A stretch of 64,000 nucleotides of DNA. It comes from Bdellovibrionales bacterium (GTDB taxonomy: Bacteria; Bdellovibrionota; Bdellovibrionia; Bdellovibrionales; DASUEL01). Below the pieces are notes generated by a model, which was not told the origin of the DNA, ran no database searches, and saw nothing but the letters and a program-made list of their open reading frames with translations. The position numbers and the translations under genes are program-made. The stretch is from positions 1 through 64,000 of the forward strand of contig JBFWOZ010000002.1 in NCBI GenBank assembly GCA_050250255.1, written 5' to 3'. Numbering within the stretch: the stretch's first letter is position 1; each line of letters starts with the position of its first letter. Positions 48,181 through 57,982 of the stretch are shown here, piece after piece.

Positions 48181-49659
48181 TTACAGGAAGAGCTGATGCA
48201 CAGATCGTTGGATCAGCTTGAAGAATGGGCTTGAGACGACACCGATCACGATCACCGCCACTGAAGCTGCGAGGATGATGGTCTTCGCGCTGATGTTGGA
48301 TGTGATGGGACGAGGCTCGCCTTCGACCATGTACATCGTGACGATCGGTCTTAAGTAGTAATACACACTGACAACAGAACCAATCACACCCCATACCGCA
48401 AGCCAAACGTAGCCTTGAGCGATCGCTGTGGAGAAGAGATAGAGTTTCCCGAAGAAGCCAACGGTTGGTGGAATTCCCGCAAGACTTAATAAGAAAATTG
48501 TAAATCCAAGCGCAAGACCCGGATACTTATGTGCAAGTCCTTTAAGATCTTCAACGTGAAGGATGGTATCTTCATGTTTTTCAAAAAGCGAAATCATCGC
48601 AAAGGCACCAAGGTTCATGATCGCGTAAGCCACGAGGTAAAAAACGAGTGAGCTTACGGCTCCTTCGCCCCCACCGGTACCTGCTGTGATCACACCAATA
48701 AAAAGATATCCGCTATGTGCAACGCTCGAGTAGGCAAGCATGCGTTTGAGATTTTCCTGCATGACCGCAGCGATATTCCCCACAAGAATGGTGAGAACCG
48801 CAAGCCACTGCATGAGGTCCACGATAACTTCGGATTTTCCAAAATTCATAAATAGCACAAACTTTAAGAAAGCCATAAAGCTTGCGGTCTTAACCGCAGT
48901 TGCCATGAAGGCCGTGACCGGAGTTGCGGCCCCCTGATACACATCGGGAGTCCAAACGTGAAACGGGAAGATCGCTGTTTTAAAACAAAAGCCCGCCATC
49001 ATCAAAACCCAACCGATAACAAACAATCGATTGCTGTCCATGAGTGAAGCGCTTACATTTTTTAATACAAGAAGCTCTGTCGTTCCGGAAACACCAAAAA
49101 TAAACGCAAGGCCGTATAATAAAATAGCCGCGGAGAATCCACCCAAAATAAAGTATTTAAACGCAGCTTCTTTAGAGAGCCGTTGCTCATGGCTCATGCC
49201 GATGAGGAGATAAAGAGAGATCGACATGATCTCAATCCCAATAAACATGACTAAAAGGTCATTCGCCCAAATAAGGGTCATCATTCCGATCACAGAATTC
49301 AAAATCAAAAACACGAACTCCGAGTAATGATCCCCACGCACATTAATATTTTCATGCGCCATGATGAGTGAGGCCGCTGCCGAAATAAGCACGATGATGA
49401 TCGCGGGATAAGAAGAACCATCTATAATCAGGGCATCGCTAAACGCGCCGACGTTTCCGGCTTCCATGCTGAGAAAAACCCAGCCAATCGCTACACCAAT
49501 TCCCGAAAGGCCCTGAAGAAGGGTTGCAATAGGCCTTTGTTCTTTTTGACGAATACTTTTAATAATGAGAGGTAAAAGGCTCGCGAAAAAAATAATCACC
49601 ATTGGAAAAATGGTCAAAATATCAAAAACGTCTGTTTTAAATGTCGTAAGCAAGTTCAT
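48181..49659 (-). CDS. nuoN: NADH-quinone oxidoreductase subunit N
   Basis: EAAFKYFILG, FKTAIFPFHVWTPDVYQGA, KRMLAYSSVAH, SLAGIPPTVGFFGK. Confidence 0.95.
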   Translation of the reverse strand: MNLLTTFKTDVFDILTIFPMVIIFFASLLPLIIKSIRQKEQRPIATLLQGLSGIGVAIGWVFLSMEAGNVGAFSDALIIDGSSYPAIIIVLISAAASLIMAHENINVRGDHYSEFVFLILNSVIGMMTLIWANDLLVMFIGIEIMSISLYLLIGMSHEQRLSKEAAFKYFILGGFSAAILLYGLAFIFGVSGTTELLVLKNVSASLMDSNRLFVIGWVLMMAGFCFKTAIFPFHVWTPDVYQGAATPVTAFMATAVKTASFMAFLKFVLFMNFGKSEVIVDLMQWLAVLTILVGNIAAVMQENLKRMLAYSSVAHSGYLFIGVITAGTGGGEGAVSSLVFYLVAYAIMNLGAFAMISLFEKHEDTILHVEDLKGLAHKYPGLALGFTIFLLSLAGIPPTVGFFGKLYLFSTAIAQGYVWLAVWGVIGSVVSVYYYLRPIVTMYMVEGEPRPITSNISAKTIILAASVAVIVIGVVSSPFFKLIQRSVHQLFL

Positions 49660-51186
49660 CTACTTCGCCTCTTCTTCATAAACCGTCAACTGATACTGGC
49701 CTTTGTTTGCCATGAGGTGATCAATGCTTGTCTGTGACCAACTTAAAAAACTTTGCGGGTAAACACCCATCCAGATCGCTAAGACAAGAAGGGGTGCAAG
49801 GACAAGCCCTTCACGCAAGGTAAGATCATGAAGATGCGATTTATGTTCTTTTACAATTGGGCCTTCTTCGCCAAAGAAAACTCGCTTAACCATCCACAGC
49901 ATGTAAGCCGCACCAAAGATCACTCCCGTAACAGCCACATAAGCAAATTCTTTTTTGTACAGGTAAGTTCCAAAGAGAATGAGGAACTCACCGATAAATC
50001 CGTTTGTTCCTGGCACGGCAATACTTGAAAGGGTCACGATCACAAACGCAATTGTATAAAGCGGCATCACCGACGCGAGGCCACCGTAGTCTTTGATTTC
50101 TCGCGAGTGAGTTCGCTCATAGATCATACCTACTAACAAGAACAGCGCGCCGGTGCTGACACCGTGATTAAGCATTTGGTAAAGAGCGCCGGTCACTCCG
50201 TAAGTGTTCAGCGCAAAAAGTCCGAGCACCACGTAACCCATGTGAGAAACAGAGGAGTAGGCCACAAGTTTTTTGATGTCCGGTTGAACCATCGCCACGA
50301 GAGCACCGTACACAATTCCGATCAATGCGAGGATACAAATTAACGGGCCCCAGTAGGTCGTTGCCTCTGGAAAAAGAGGAATCACAAATCGCAAAAATCC
50401 ATAGGTTCCAAGTTTGAGCATGACCCCAGCAAGAATGACGGAGCCTGGTGTCGGTGCTTCGACGTGAGCGTCTGGCAACCATGTGTGGAGTGGGAAGAGT
50501 GGCACCTTAATCGAGAATGCGAGCGTGAATGCAAAAAACATGAGTGTTTGAGGATTCATGATCTCCCCGCCCACAAAAGGAATTTGAAGCTTATAGAAGT
50601 CGAGAAGGCTGCTGCTCACATATCCTAGTTGGTCGAAGGTCATGTACATCATGGAGATCATCGCGATGAGCATCAACACCGAACCGAACATCGTATAAAT
50701 GAAAAACTTGATCGTTGCGTATATGCGTCTCTTGCCACCCCAAATACCCACGATAAAATACATTGGGATCAGTGAGGCTTCGAAAAAGACGTAAAACAAA
50801 ATTGCATCAATCGAGAGAAACGAGCCGATAAGGGCCGTTTCAAGAATCATCATGTGGATTGCAAAGTGCCGGAAGTTTTTCTCGATGGAAACCCACGAAC
50901 CTAAAATAATAATGGGAGTCAGGACCGCTGTGAGAACGACAAGCCAAAGTGAAATTCCATCAATGCCTAAAAAGTATTGAATTCCAAAAGACTCCACCCA
51001 CATGTGTTTTTCTACTAATTGAAGTGCTGCGGAGTTTTTATCAAAGCGACAGAAGAGACAGAAGCTGACAGCAAGCTGCACGAGAGAAAAGATAAGGGCG
51101 GCTGGACGAACCCACGACTCTTTTCTGACACAACAGAGAAGGCCAGCAAACACGAGAGGTAAAAAAGTAATAAGCGTTAATAACAT
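49660..51186 (-). CDS. nuoM: NADH-quinone oxidoreductase subunit M
   Basis: GIDGIS, FYVFFE, KVPLFPLHTWLPDAHVEAPT, LKLGTYG, KKLVAYSSVSHMG; start ATG 51186. Confidence 0.95.
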   Translation of the reverse strand: MLLTLITFLPLVFAGLLCCVRKESWVRPAALIFSLVQLAVSFCLFCRFDKNSAALQLVEKHMWVESFGIQYFLGIDGISLWLVVLTAVLTPIIILGSWVSIEKNFRHFAIHMMILETALIGSFLSIDAILFYVFFEASLIPMYFIVGIWGGKRRIYATIKFFIYTMFGSVLMLIAMISMMYMTFDQLGYVSSSLLDFYKLQIPFVGGEIMNPQTLMFFAFTLAFSIKVPLFPLHTWLPDAHVEAPTPGSVILAGVMLKLGTYGFLRFVIPLFPEATTYWGPLICILALIGIVYGALVAMVQPDIKKLVAYSSVSHMGYVVLGLFALNTYGVTGALYQMLNHGVSTGALFLLVGMIYERTHSREIKDYGGLASVMPLYTIAFVIVTLSSIAVPGTNGFIGEFLILFGTYLYKKEFAYVAVTGVIFGAAYMLWMVKRVFFGEEGPIVKEHKSHLHDLTLREGLVLAPLLVLAIWMGVYPQSFLSWSQTSIDHLMANKGQYQLTVYEEEAK

Positions 51187-51187
51187 G

Positions 51188-53113
51188 TTACACCAACACC
51201 AAAAACACAACCAAACCAATCACCATGTAGAACAGATACTGCTGGAGGTTACCATTTTGTAACTGTCGTAAACCCAAGCCGCATTGTTTTACATAGTCCG
51301 ACAAAAGATAAGTCGCACGATCAATGATATTCACGTCAACACGGCCCCAGAGAAAACGGCTCGCTTTAATCAGGGGATTGATAATGGACGCAAAATACAT
51401 TTCGTCGACGTAGTATTTGTTTTCTACAAGAGTTTTTAAGCCACCCATAGAGCTTGTGAGCTTGCCCAATAACGCGTTCGGTTTTGCATAGAGAAAAAAC
51501 GCAAACCACGCTGAGAGACCCGCAAGAGAAACCGAAATTCCCATAAAAATCCACTCGAGAATCACACTACCGTGCGCTCCTTCAGATGGAATTTTCACAA
51601 TTCTTGGCTCGAGCCAATGTTCCAACATATTTGGAATGTGACCAGGGAGGACCGCAGAAATCACATGCGGAATTCCAATCCAACCACCGATCACCGAAAG
51701 AAGCGCGAGGACCGAGAGTGGAATCAACATGCTTGGAGGTGATTCATGGGGATGAACATCTTTAGAAACACGGCTTTTACCCCAGAAGGTCAGTGCCATA
51801 AGACGTGTCATATAGAAGGCCGTACAAACCGCGCCAACAACTCCCATAATCCAGAAAATAATATGTCCACGTGGGGAAGCGTAAGCTTGCCACAAAATTT
51901 CATCTTTACTAAAGAAGCCTGCAAAAGGCGGCATACCGATAATCGCAAGCCAACCCATTAAGAATGTGAAGTAAGTGATCGGCATCTTTTTCGAGAGGCC
52001 ACCCATCTTCGTCATATCTTGTTCATGGTGCATTCCGTGAATCACTGAACCGGCACCCAAGAACATGAGAGCTTTAAAAAACGCATGCGTCATAAGGTGA
52101 AACATTCCTGCACCAAAAGCGCCAACGCCCACACCTAAGAACATGTAGCCCAACTGAGAAACCGTTGAGTACGCCAAAACTTTTTTGATGTCGTTCTGTG
52201 CAAGACCAATGGTCGCCGCAAAAACGGCCGTCAGCGCACCAACGAGAGCCACAACAAACATCGCTGTTGGGGCAACGACATAGAGGGCGTTCAGGCGAAC
52301 AATCATGTACACGCCCGCGGTCACCATGGTCGCTGCGTGAATGAGAGCCGAAACTGGCGTTGGACCCGCCATCGCATCAGGAAGCCAAACGTAAAGTGGA
52401 ATCTGTGCCGACTTTCCCATCGCGCCAACAAATAAAAAGAGACACGCAAGCGTGATTGGACCAAAAGTGGCTTCTGCAATCGTCGGCGCGTTCGCCGCGA
52501 GGGTTGCAAACTGCAAGGTGCCGAACTGTTGGAATAAAAGAAAAATCCCTAAAAGTAATCCTGCATCACCGATACGGTTTGTAATGAAGGCTTTCATGCC
52601 GGCAGCGGCCTTTTCACCATCCGTGAACCAGTAACCGATAAGAAGATAAGAGCAGAGCCCCACGCCTTCCCATCCCACAAACATCACAAGAAGATTTTCT
52701 CCAAGAACGAGAAGAAGCATATTGAAAACGAAAAAGTTTAAATATGCAAAAAACTTAAACGGCGTGTGATCGTGAGACATGTAGCCCACGCTAAAAAGAT
52801 GAATGAGAGAGCCTACGCCCGTAATGATTAAAATCATGATGGCAGAAATCTGATCCACCACGAAACCCATTGGAATACGTAAAGCTCCAACATGGATCCA
52901 AGTAAAAAAGTCGACGCGAATCTCACGAGACTCTACTGGCATGCCCGCAAGCTGAATCACAAGAGTCAGGGCAGATAAAAAAGAAATCACCATTGCACTG
53001 GTGGCAATTGTCCCGGCTATTTTTGCGTTGTGTCCGCGAAAACAAAAACCGTTGATGGTAAATCCAACCAGCGGACTTAACACTAATAAAGACATCAACA
53101 GAGCGTGGCTCAT
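51188..53113 (-). CDS. nuoL: NADH-quinone oxidoreductase subunit L
   Basis: GWEGVGLCSYLLIG, NRIGD, GKSAQIPLYVWLPDAMAGPTPVSALIHAATMV, HAFFKA, FFSKDEI. Confidence 0.96.
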   Translation of the reverse strand: MSHALLMSLLVLSPLVGFTINGFCFRGHNAKIAGTIATSAMVISFLSALTLVIQLAGMPVESREIRVDFFTWIHVGALRIPMGFVVDQISAIMILIITGVGSLIHLFSVGYMSHDHTPFKFFAYLNFFVFNMLLLVLGENLLVMFVGWEGVGLCSYLLIGYWFTDGEKAAAGMKAFITNRIGDAGLLLGIFLLFQQFGTLQFATLAANAPTIAEATFGPITLACLFLFVGAMGKSAQIPLYVWLPDAMAGPTPVSALIHAATMVTAGVYMIVRLNALYVVAPTAMFVVALVGALTAVFAATIGLAQNDIKKVLAYSTVSQLGYMFLGVGVGAFGAGMFHLMTHAFFKALMFLGAGSVIHGMHHEQDMTKMGGLSKKMPITYFTFLMGWLAIIGMPPFAGFFSKDEILWQAYASPRGHIIFWIMGVVGAVCTAFYMTRLMALTFWGKSRVSKDVHPHESPPSMLIPLSVLALLSVIGGWIGIPHVISAVLPGHIPNMLEHWLEPRIVKIPSEGAHGSVILEWIFMGISVSLAGLSAWFAFFLYAKPNALLGKLTSSMGGLKTLVENKYYVDEMYFASIINPLIKASRFLWGRVDVNIIDRATYLLSDYVKQCGLGLRQLQNGNLQQYLFYMVIGLVVFLVLV

Positions 53114-53115
53114 TC

Positions 53116-53424
53116 CTAACCCTTCAACAATTCAAAGTTCTTAATATCAATTTCTTTAAATCTTTTAAGTACCGCAACCGCAAGCGCAAGACCCACGGCC
53201 GCTTCACAGGCCGCAATCGTCATTACAAAAAACACCACGATGCTTCCGGTCCCATTTGCATAGTATTTTCCAAATGCCACAAACGTGATGTTCACCGCAT
53301 TGAGCATTAATTCGATCGACATTAAAATCACAATCGCGTTTTTACGAGTGAGTACACCAATAAGGCCTACAGAGAATAAGAGCGCACCAAGAATGAGGTA
53401 ATGCGTAAGTCCAACCTCAAGCAT
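53116..53424 (-). CDS. nuoK: NADH-quinone oxidoreductase subunit K
   Basis: MSIELMLNA and IAACEAAVGLA; start ATG 53424 after GGAGG. Confidence 0.95.
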   Translation of the reverse strand: MLEVGLTHYLILGALLFSVGLIGVLTRKNAIVILMSIELMLNAVNITFVAFGKYYANGTGSIVVFFVMTIAACEAAVGLALAVAVLKRFKEIDIKNFELLKG

Positions 53425-53938
53425 GTGTACCTCCTCGTGAGCGCGCCACGGCGACTGCTCCGACTGCAACCAGCAGCAGGAGAACGCTGACAATTTCGAA
53501 AGCAAAAATATATTTTGAAAACAATAACTGACCAATCTCACGCACACCAATGTGCGGAAGATTTTGGCTGTTGATTCCGGCATCAAGCGCCGCTCTTGTC
53601 ACTTCAAAGCCGCCAAGCAGAAGACCTAAAATGGAACCGGCGCCCGCAGCCTTCAAGACCGTGCTTGCAAGACTACCCGACATAATTTGAATTTCTTTTT
53701 TTAAATCGAAGAGCATCACCACCATGACAAAGAGAACCATCACGGCACCCGCATAAACAATCAGTTGTACGCCGGCAATGAAATACGCCTCTAACGTGAA
53801 GAAGAGTCCCGCCACCGCAATCATGGTGACAGCGAGGAAGAGAGCAGAAAAAATAGGGTTCTGTACAATGACAACGCCAACCGCGCTCACAAAAGCTGTG
53901 AGAGCCAAGAGATAAAATAAGGCATCAAATAGTTTCAT
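53417..53938 (-). CDS. nuoJ: NADH-quinone oxidoreductase subunit J
   Basis: QLIVYAGAVMVLFVMVVML and FE...LLL...GA; start ATG 53938. Confidence 0.95.
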   Translation of the reverse strand: MKLFDALFYLLALTAFVSAVGVVIVQNPIFSALFLAVTMIAVAGLFFTLEAYFIAGVQLIVYAGAVMVLFVMVVMLFDLKKEIQIMSGSLASTVLKAAGAGSILGLLLGGFEVTRAALDAGINSQNLPHIGVREIGQLLFSKYIFAFEIVSVLLLLVAVGAVAVARSRGGTHA

Positions 53939-53939
53939 T

Positions 53940-55094
53940 TTAAAATCCTCTCGCCAAAAGCATCGCAAAAGCCGTAACCACGATATTTCCGATAGCCCAT
54001 GGGAGCATCGTTTTCCACCCTAAATCCATAAGATGGTCGTAACGGAACCTTGGAAGAGTCCAGCGAATCCAAATAAAAAACCAAAGAAAGAATGCAACCT
54101 TTAAGACAAAGGAAAGAAGATACGCAACCGATACGCCAATGCTAATTTGCGTGCTTCCAGAAACAAAACCAGAAATAAACTGGCGCATTTCCATTTCATT
54201 CACAAAAGGAATTCCGTAACCACCAAAATAAAAAATAGAAAGAAGACAGCTCGCCACCATCATGTGGCCGTATTCACCCATGAAGAAAAGGAGCATCTTG
54301 AATCCGCCGTACTCGGTATGAAAACCCGCCACAAGCTCCCCCTCAGATTCTGGAAGGTCAAACGGGAGACGATTGCTCTCCGCAAATACCGCCGTAAAGA
54401 AGAGAACAAAACCAACGGGCTGAAAGAAAATTCCCCAGTTCGGTAGAAAATCAAGCTGATAAGATTGTCCGAGAAATCCAAATCGGAGCGGGCCCGCCTG
54501 AGCATGAATCATCTCTGTCAGATCAAAGGTTCCGTAGAGGAGAACTGTGGCCACAATCGCAATTCCCATCGCGAGCTCATAAGAAATCATTTGTGCACTC
54601 GCGCGAAGAGCGCCCATCAGTGAATATTTATTGGCCGAGCCCCATCCCGCCATTAAAAGACTGTAGGCTCCTAAAGAGCTCACACCCAAAATGTAGATGA
54701 TACCCACATGCATATAAACACCCTGCATGTTAAATATGTAGGGGCCCCACATCTTTCCCGCCATTTCAAAAGGCTGTACTTCAATGGGTGTAGAGAGCGG
54801 AATGCTTGCTAACGCTAATGCCGCAGGGATTAGCGCCGCAACAGGTGCGCCGTAGTAGAGAAGAGCGTTCGCTTTCGCGGGCACAAACTCTTCTTTACAA
54901 ATAAACTTTACGGCATCTGCAAGAAGTTGGGTGAGTCCCAAGGGACCTACACGATTGGGACCAAAGCGGTGTTGAATAAAAGCTGATCCTCGTCGCTCCA
55001 CCCACACGAGGAGAGGAACCATCTGCACCATCATCAAGAAGATGAGAAGAAGTTTTACAGCATTGACTGAAATCTCAAATACGTCCTGACCCAT
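53940..55094 (-). CDS. nuoH: NADH-quinone oxidoreductase subunit H
   Basis: ERRGSAFIQHRFGPNRVG, GALRASAQMISYE, AESNRLPFDLPESEGELVAGFHTEY, PRFRYD. Confidence 0.96.
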   Translation of the reverse strand: MGQDVFEISVNAVKLLLIFLMMVQMVPLLVWVERRGSAFIQHRFGPNRVGPLGLTQLLADAVKFICKEEFVPAKANALLYYGAPVAALIPAALALASIPLSTPIEVQPFEMAGKMWGPYIFNMQGVYMHVGIIYILGVSSLGAYSLLMAGWGSANKYSLMGALRASAQMISYELAMGIAIVATVLLYGTFDLTEMIHAQAGPLRFGFLGQSYQLDFLPNWGIFFQPVGFVLFFTAVFAESNRLPFDLPESEGELVAGFHTEYGGFKMLLFFMGEYGHMMVASCLLSIFYFGGYGIPFVNEMEMRQFISGFVSGSTQISIGVSVAYLLSFVLKVAFFLWFFIWIRWTLPRFRYDHLMDLGWKTMLPWAIGNIVVTAFAMLLARGF

Positions 55095-55097
55095 CCG

Positions 55098-55472
55098 CTA
55101 TTCCCACTGCAGTCCGCGGTTTCTCCAAACATAGAAGAGACCGAAAATTAAAATGGCCATAAAAACAATCATTTCTGTAAATAAAAAGATTCCCGCCGTC
55201 TTAATGCCTTCTGAATAAATCAAGGCCCACGGATACATAAAGACCACTTCGATATCGAACAAAATAAAAATGATCGCTGTAAGATAGTATTTAATAGGAA
55301 CTTGAGTTGTGCCTGAGTCTTCCCCAGAAATTCCACATTCGTAAGGCATGACTTGTCGTGGGTCTTTGATTTTTTTCTTCGGTCCAACAAGAGATGTTAA
55401 AAAGAGAAGGCCCGCTCCAAAAATGAAGACAAAAATGCCCAATAGCACGACTGGTAGTAGCTGTTCTGCCAA
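55098..55472 (-). CDS. nuoA: NADH-quinone oxidoreductase subunit A
   Basis: PYECG, FILFDIEVVFMYPWA, GLQWE; AAGGAG RBS with TTG start. Confidence 0.95.
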   Translation of the reverse strand: MAEQLLPVVLLGIFVFIFGAGLLFLTSLVGPKKKIKDPRQVMPYECGISGEDSGTTQVPIKYYLTAIIFILFDIEVVFMYPWALIYSEGIKTAGIFLFTEMIVFMAILIFGLFYVWRNRGLQWE

Positions 55473-55519
55473 GATGCTGCTCCTTTAGATGTCCATACCA
55501 GATGATCTTATAAAAACCG

Positions 55520-56968
55520 TCATGAGATCATCATGCGGCTTAAAATATAGCTTACATATTTATACAAAGGCGATGGATATATTCCAAGCGTAATAACAAA
55601 AATGAGCAGGGAATAGCCGATTATATTGTCTATATAAGATGTTTTGTTTTCTGCAGTGACCTTCGGCGAAAAATCATCGAAGAGTTCACCCAACACACTG
55701 ATCAATGAAATCATAAGTGATGCGGCGCAAATCACCGGCATCAATTGCAGCCAGAGGATTTTTTGTGCCCCTTGTGCCGTCGATACAATTAGAGAAAAGC
55801 CCACAAATGTTCCGAGTGGACTGAAAATGATAAATAGAGCAAAGAGTTGGAGGCGTTGAAAAAAGCTCGCGGCCCTTAACGCAAGGCGTCCGCCATCTGT
55901 GCTTTCAAAAGGTTTCAAATCTAGGGCCATAAAGATTTTCAAAGTGAGTGGCACCGCGATTGTATAAAGAAAAAGTCCCGCCACTCCCTTTAAAAAGGAT
56001 TCTTTTGTTCCCGAAGACAAACTCCATAAAGTGAGGAGGAGGGGCTGAATCGAATAAATTTGAAAAATCTGAGCCATGTTTTTTGCAAACAACGTTTGCA
56101 CGAGCACAAAAGCGGCCATCAACCCGAAAGCGACAACCGGTAAAAGCGTTACGAGAAATCCTTTAAATGGGACGAAGGTGTCGGCCTCCCACGAACCTGC
56201 CATAGAAAGAATCCATCGACAGATCATAATCGCCCCCAGCAACGGAAGCGTCTGGCGGAAAAGCCCAATGAGTGTCCAGCTGTCGGCCTTTTCGTAGTCT
56301 TTTGCAAAGAACGTAAAAACTGGAAAGCAAAGGAGACTGCAAAAAAGAACAAGCGGTGCGCCCCACCCCAAAAGCGAGGTTGTTGTGAACCCTTTTTCCG
56401 AAAGCGCTTTTTGAATTTGATCAAATCGTAGAGTTTGGAGCTCTTGATAAATCAGACCACTTGAAAGCGCAAGAATCAGCAGAACAAGTGCTGCCCACGA
56501 AATTCCGTGGTTCATAGAGATAGATGCTTTCGATTTATAGGCAAGCTGAGGAGCAAAGGCGACCGTCAGGATGAGAAGCGGAAGCGCGAGGGTTACCACA
56601 AGCATATGGTTTGAAAAAATCAAAACCAGCGAGAGAAAGGCGATGACCAACTGAATGGCCGCAAGCTCTCTTTCATAAGAAATACGATCTCGGTAAAGGT
56701 TGAGATGGTTCAACAGAAAATAGATGAGCGTCATCAAAGCGAAGACGAGCTCAGACCCATCAAATGAAAAATAATTTTTTTCAGTAAGAGGAATTTCTAA
56801 TGGGGAAGCGAGGAGAACTATATGTCCTAGATTGAGTAGCAACAAAAGGAGCACAAAAAACTTTTCTCGTTTGCCGAGAGCAATTTCGTTTTGTCGCGAA
56901 ACGGCCATATAGCAGAGCAGGCCTAAGAAAAACGCCATCATTCCAAATCCCTGAGGCCAAAGTGTCAT
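55520..56968 (-). CDS. highly divergent NuoN-like membrane protein
   Basis: Colinear with NuoN: IFSNHMLVV ~ IWANDLLVM; CFPVFTFFAKDYEKA ~ IFPFHVWTPDVYQGA; AKNMAQIFQIYS ~ QENLKRMLAYSS; C-terminal LGIYPSPL. Confidence 0.65.
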   Translation of the reverse strand: MTLWPQGFGMMAFFLGLLCYMAVSRQNEIALGKREKFFVLLLLLLNLGHIVLLASPLEIPLTEKNYFSFDGSELVFALMTLIYFLLNHLNLYRDRISYERELAAIQLVIAFLSLVLIFSNHMLVVTLALPLLILTVAFAPQLAYKSKASISMNHGISWAALVLLILALSSGLIYQELQTLRFDQIQKALSEKGFTTTSLLGWGAPLVLFCSLLCFPVFTFFAKDYEKADSWTLIGLFRQTLPLLGAIMICRWILSMAGSWEADTFVPFKGFLVTLLPVVAFGLMAAFVLVQTLFAKNMAQIFQIYSIQPLLLTLWSLSSGTKESFLKGVAGLFLYTIAVPLTLKIFMALDLKPFESTDGGRLALRAASFFQRLQLFALFIIFSPLGTFVGFSLIVSTAQGAQKILWLQLMPVICAASLMISLISVLGELFDDFSPKVTAENKTSYIDNIIGYSLLIFVITLGIYPSPLYKYVSYILSRMMIS

Positions 56969-56977
56969 ACTTTTCTC

Positions 56978-57982
56978 CTACACCATAAACCGCGCGGCGA
57001 GCGCAAAGAGGATGGACATCAAGAGCTGAACCGACGCCCGAGAGCCCAAAGCGAATGTTTTTATTTGCACTCCTGAGGAAGACTCTGGCGCCGACGGAAG
57101 ATATACGATCCAAGCCATAATACCCACCATGAATACCACCGACGTCCACAACAACGCGCCCACTGTAGATTGAGACGAAGCTAAATAAACGGCCATTAAC
57201 ATACTCCAGAAATATCCGCCCCCAAGAGCACCCACTTCCCAACGGCGAATCAGGCCGCTAAGATTTTTAAATTTTTCTGGAACGATATGAGGAAACAGAG
57301 TGGTCATCGCGGCAAGATAAACCCAAAGAAGCAACACCTCAGGTTTATGCCCTTGGGTGTTGAGAGCCATGACCAGAATACATTGAGTAAAGATGGCCTG
57401 ATGAACTAGCGCCCACGAAATATATTTTTTCAAAAAAATGCTGAGAAGTATCGCCGCCATAGAAAAAAATGAAAATTCATAAGCAAATCGCTCAAAGAGT
57501 TCGTAGTGATAAATATTTAACGACTGAGCGACCGTCCAGAAAATAAAACTTACTCGCAGCCAGGTCTGTTGGAAGACAATGACCTTCTCCAGGCTATCGT
57601 TATGCTGAGGAACTATTGCAAAAAGCAACATTGGTAAAAAACTAAAGGCTAACGAAAGGTAAATTCGATGCTCAATTTGTACGAGCGTGTTGAGGCCAAG
57701 CGCCGGCTGCAACAAGCTCACCGTCACGAGCACCGCCATGACGATCGCGATAATCATTTTCTGTACTCGACCCCTTGTGTAGAAAGAGGTCGCGATAATA
57801 ACCATGAGCGCTTGCACAAGATAAAAAGCAAAATCAAGATAGGCACTATCCGCATACCAAAAAATACCAACACCAGCCCCGATGGCCGCCACCATGAGCA
57901 AGCTCACCCAAAAATGAAGTCCTCTAGCTAGAGCCAATAACCAAATACTTCCAATTCCCAAAACCATCGCCTGAATTGTCAT
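56978..57982 (-). CDS. polytopic membrane protein in NuoM position (very divergent)
   Basis: ~10 hydrophobic helices; ATGA overlap with the upstream gene; assignment rests mainly on position. Confidence 0.45.
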   Translation of the reverse strand: MTIQAMVLGIGSIWLLALARGLHFWVSLLMVAAIGAGVGIFWYADSAYLDFAFYLVQALMVIIATSFYTRGRVQKMIIAIVMAVLVTVSLLQPALGLNTLVQIEHRIYLSLAFSFLPMLLFAIVPQHNDSLEKVIVFQQTWLRVSFIFWTVAQSLNIYHYELFERFAYEFSFFSMAAILLSIFLKKYISWALVHQAIFTQCILVMALNTQGHKPEVLLLWVYLAAMTTLFPHIVPEKFKNLSGLIRRWEVGALGGGYFWSMLMAVYLASSQSTVGALLWTSVVFMVGIMAWIVYLPSAPESSSGVQIKTFALGSRASVQLLMSILFALAARFMV

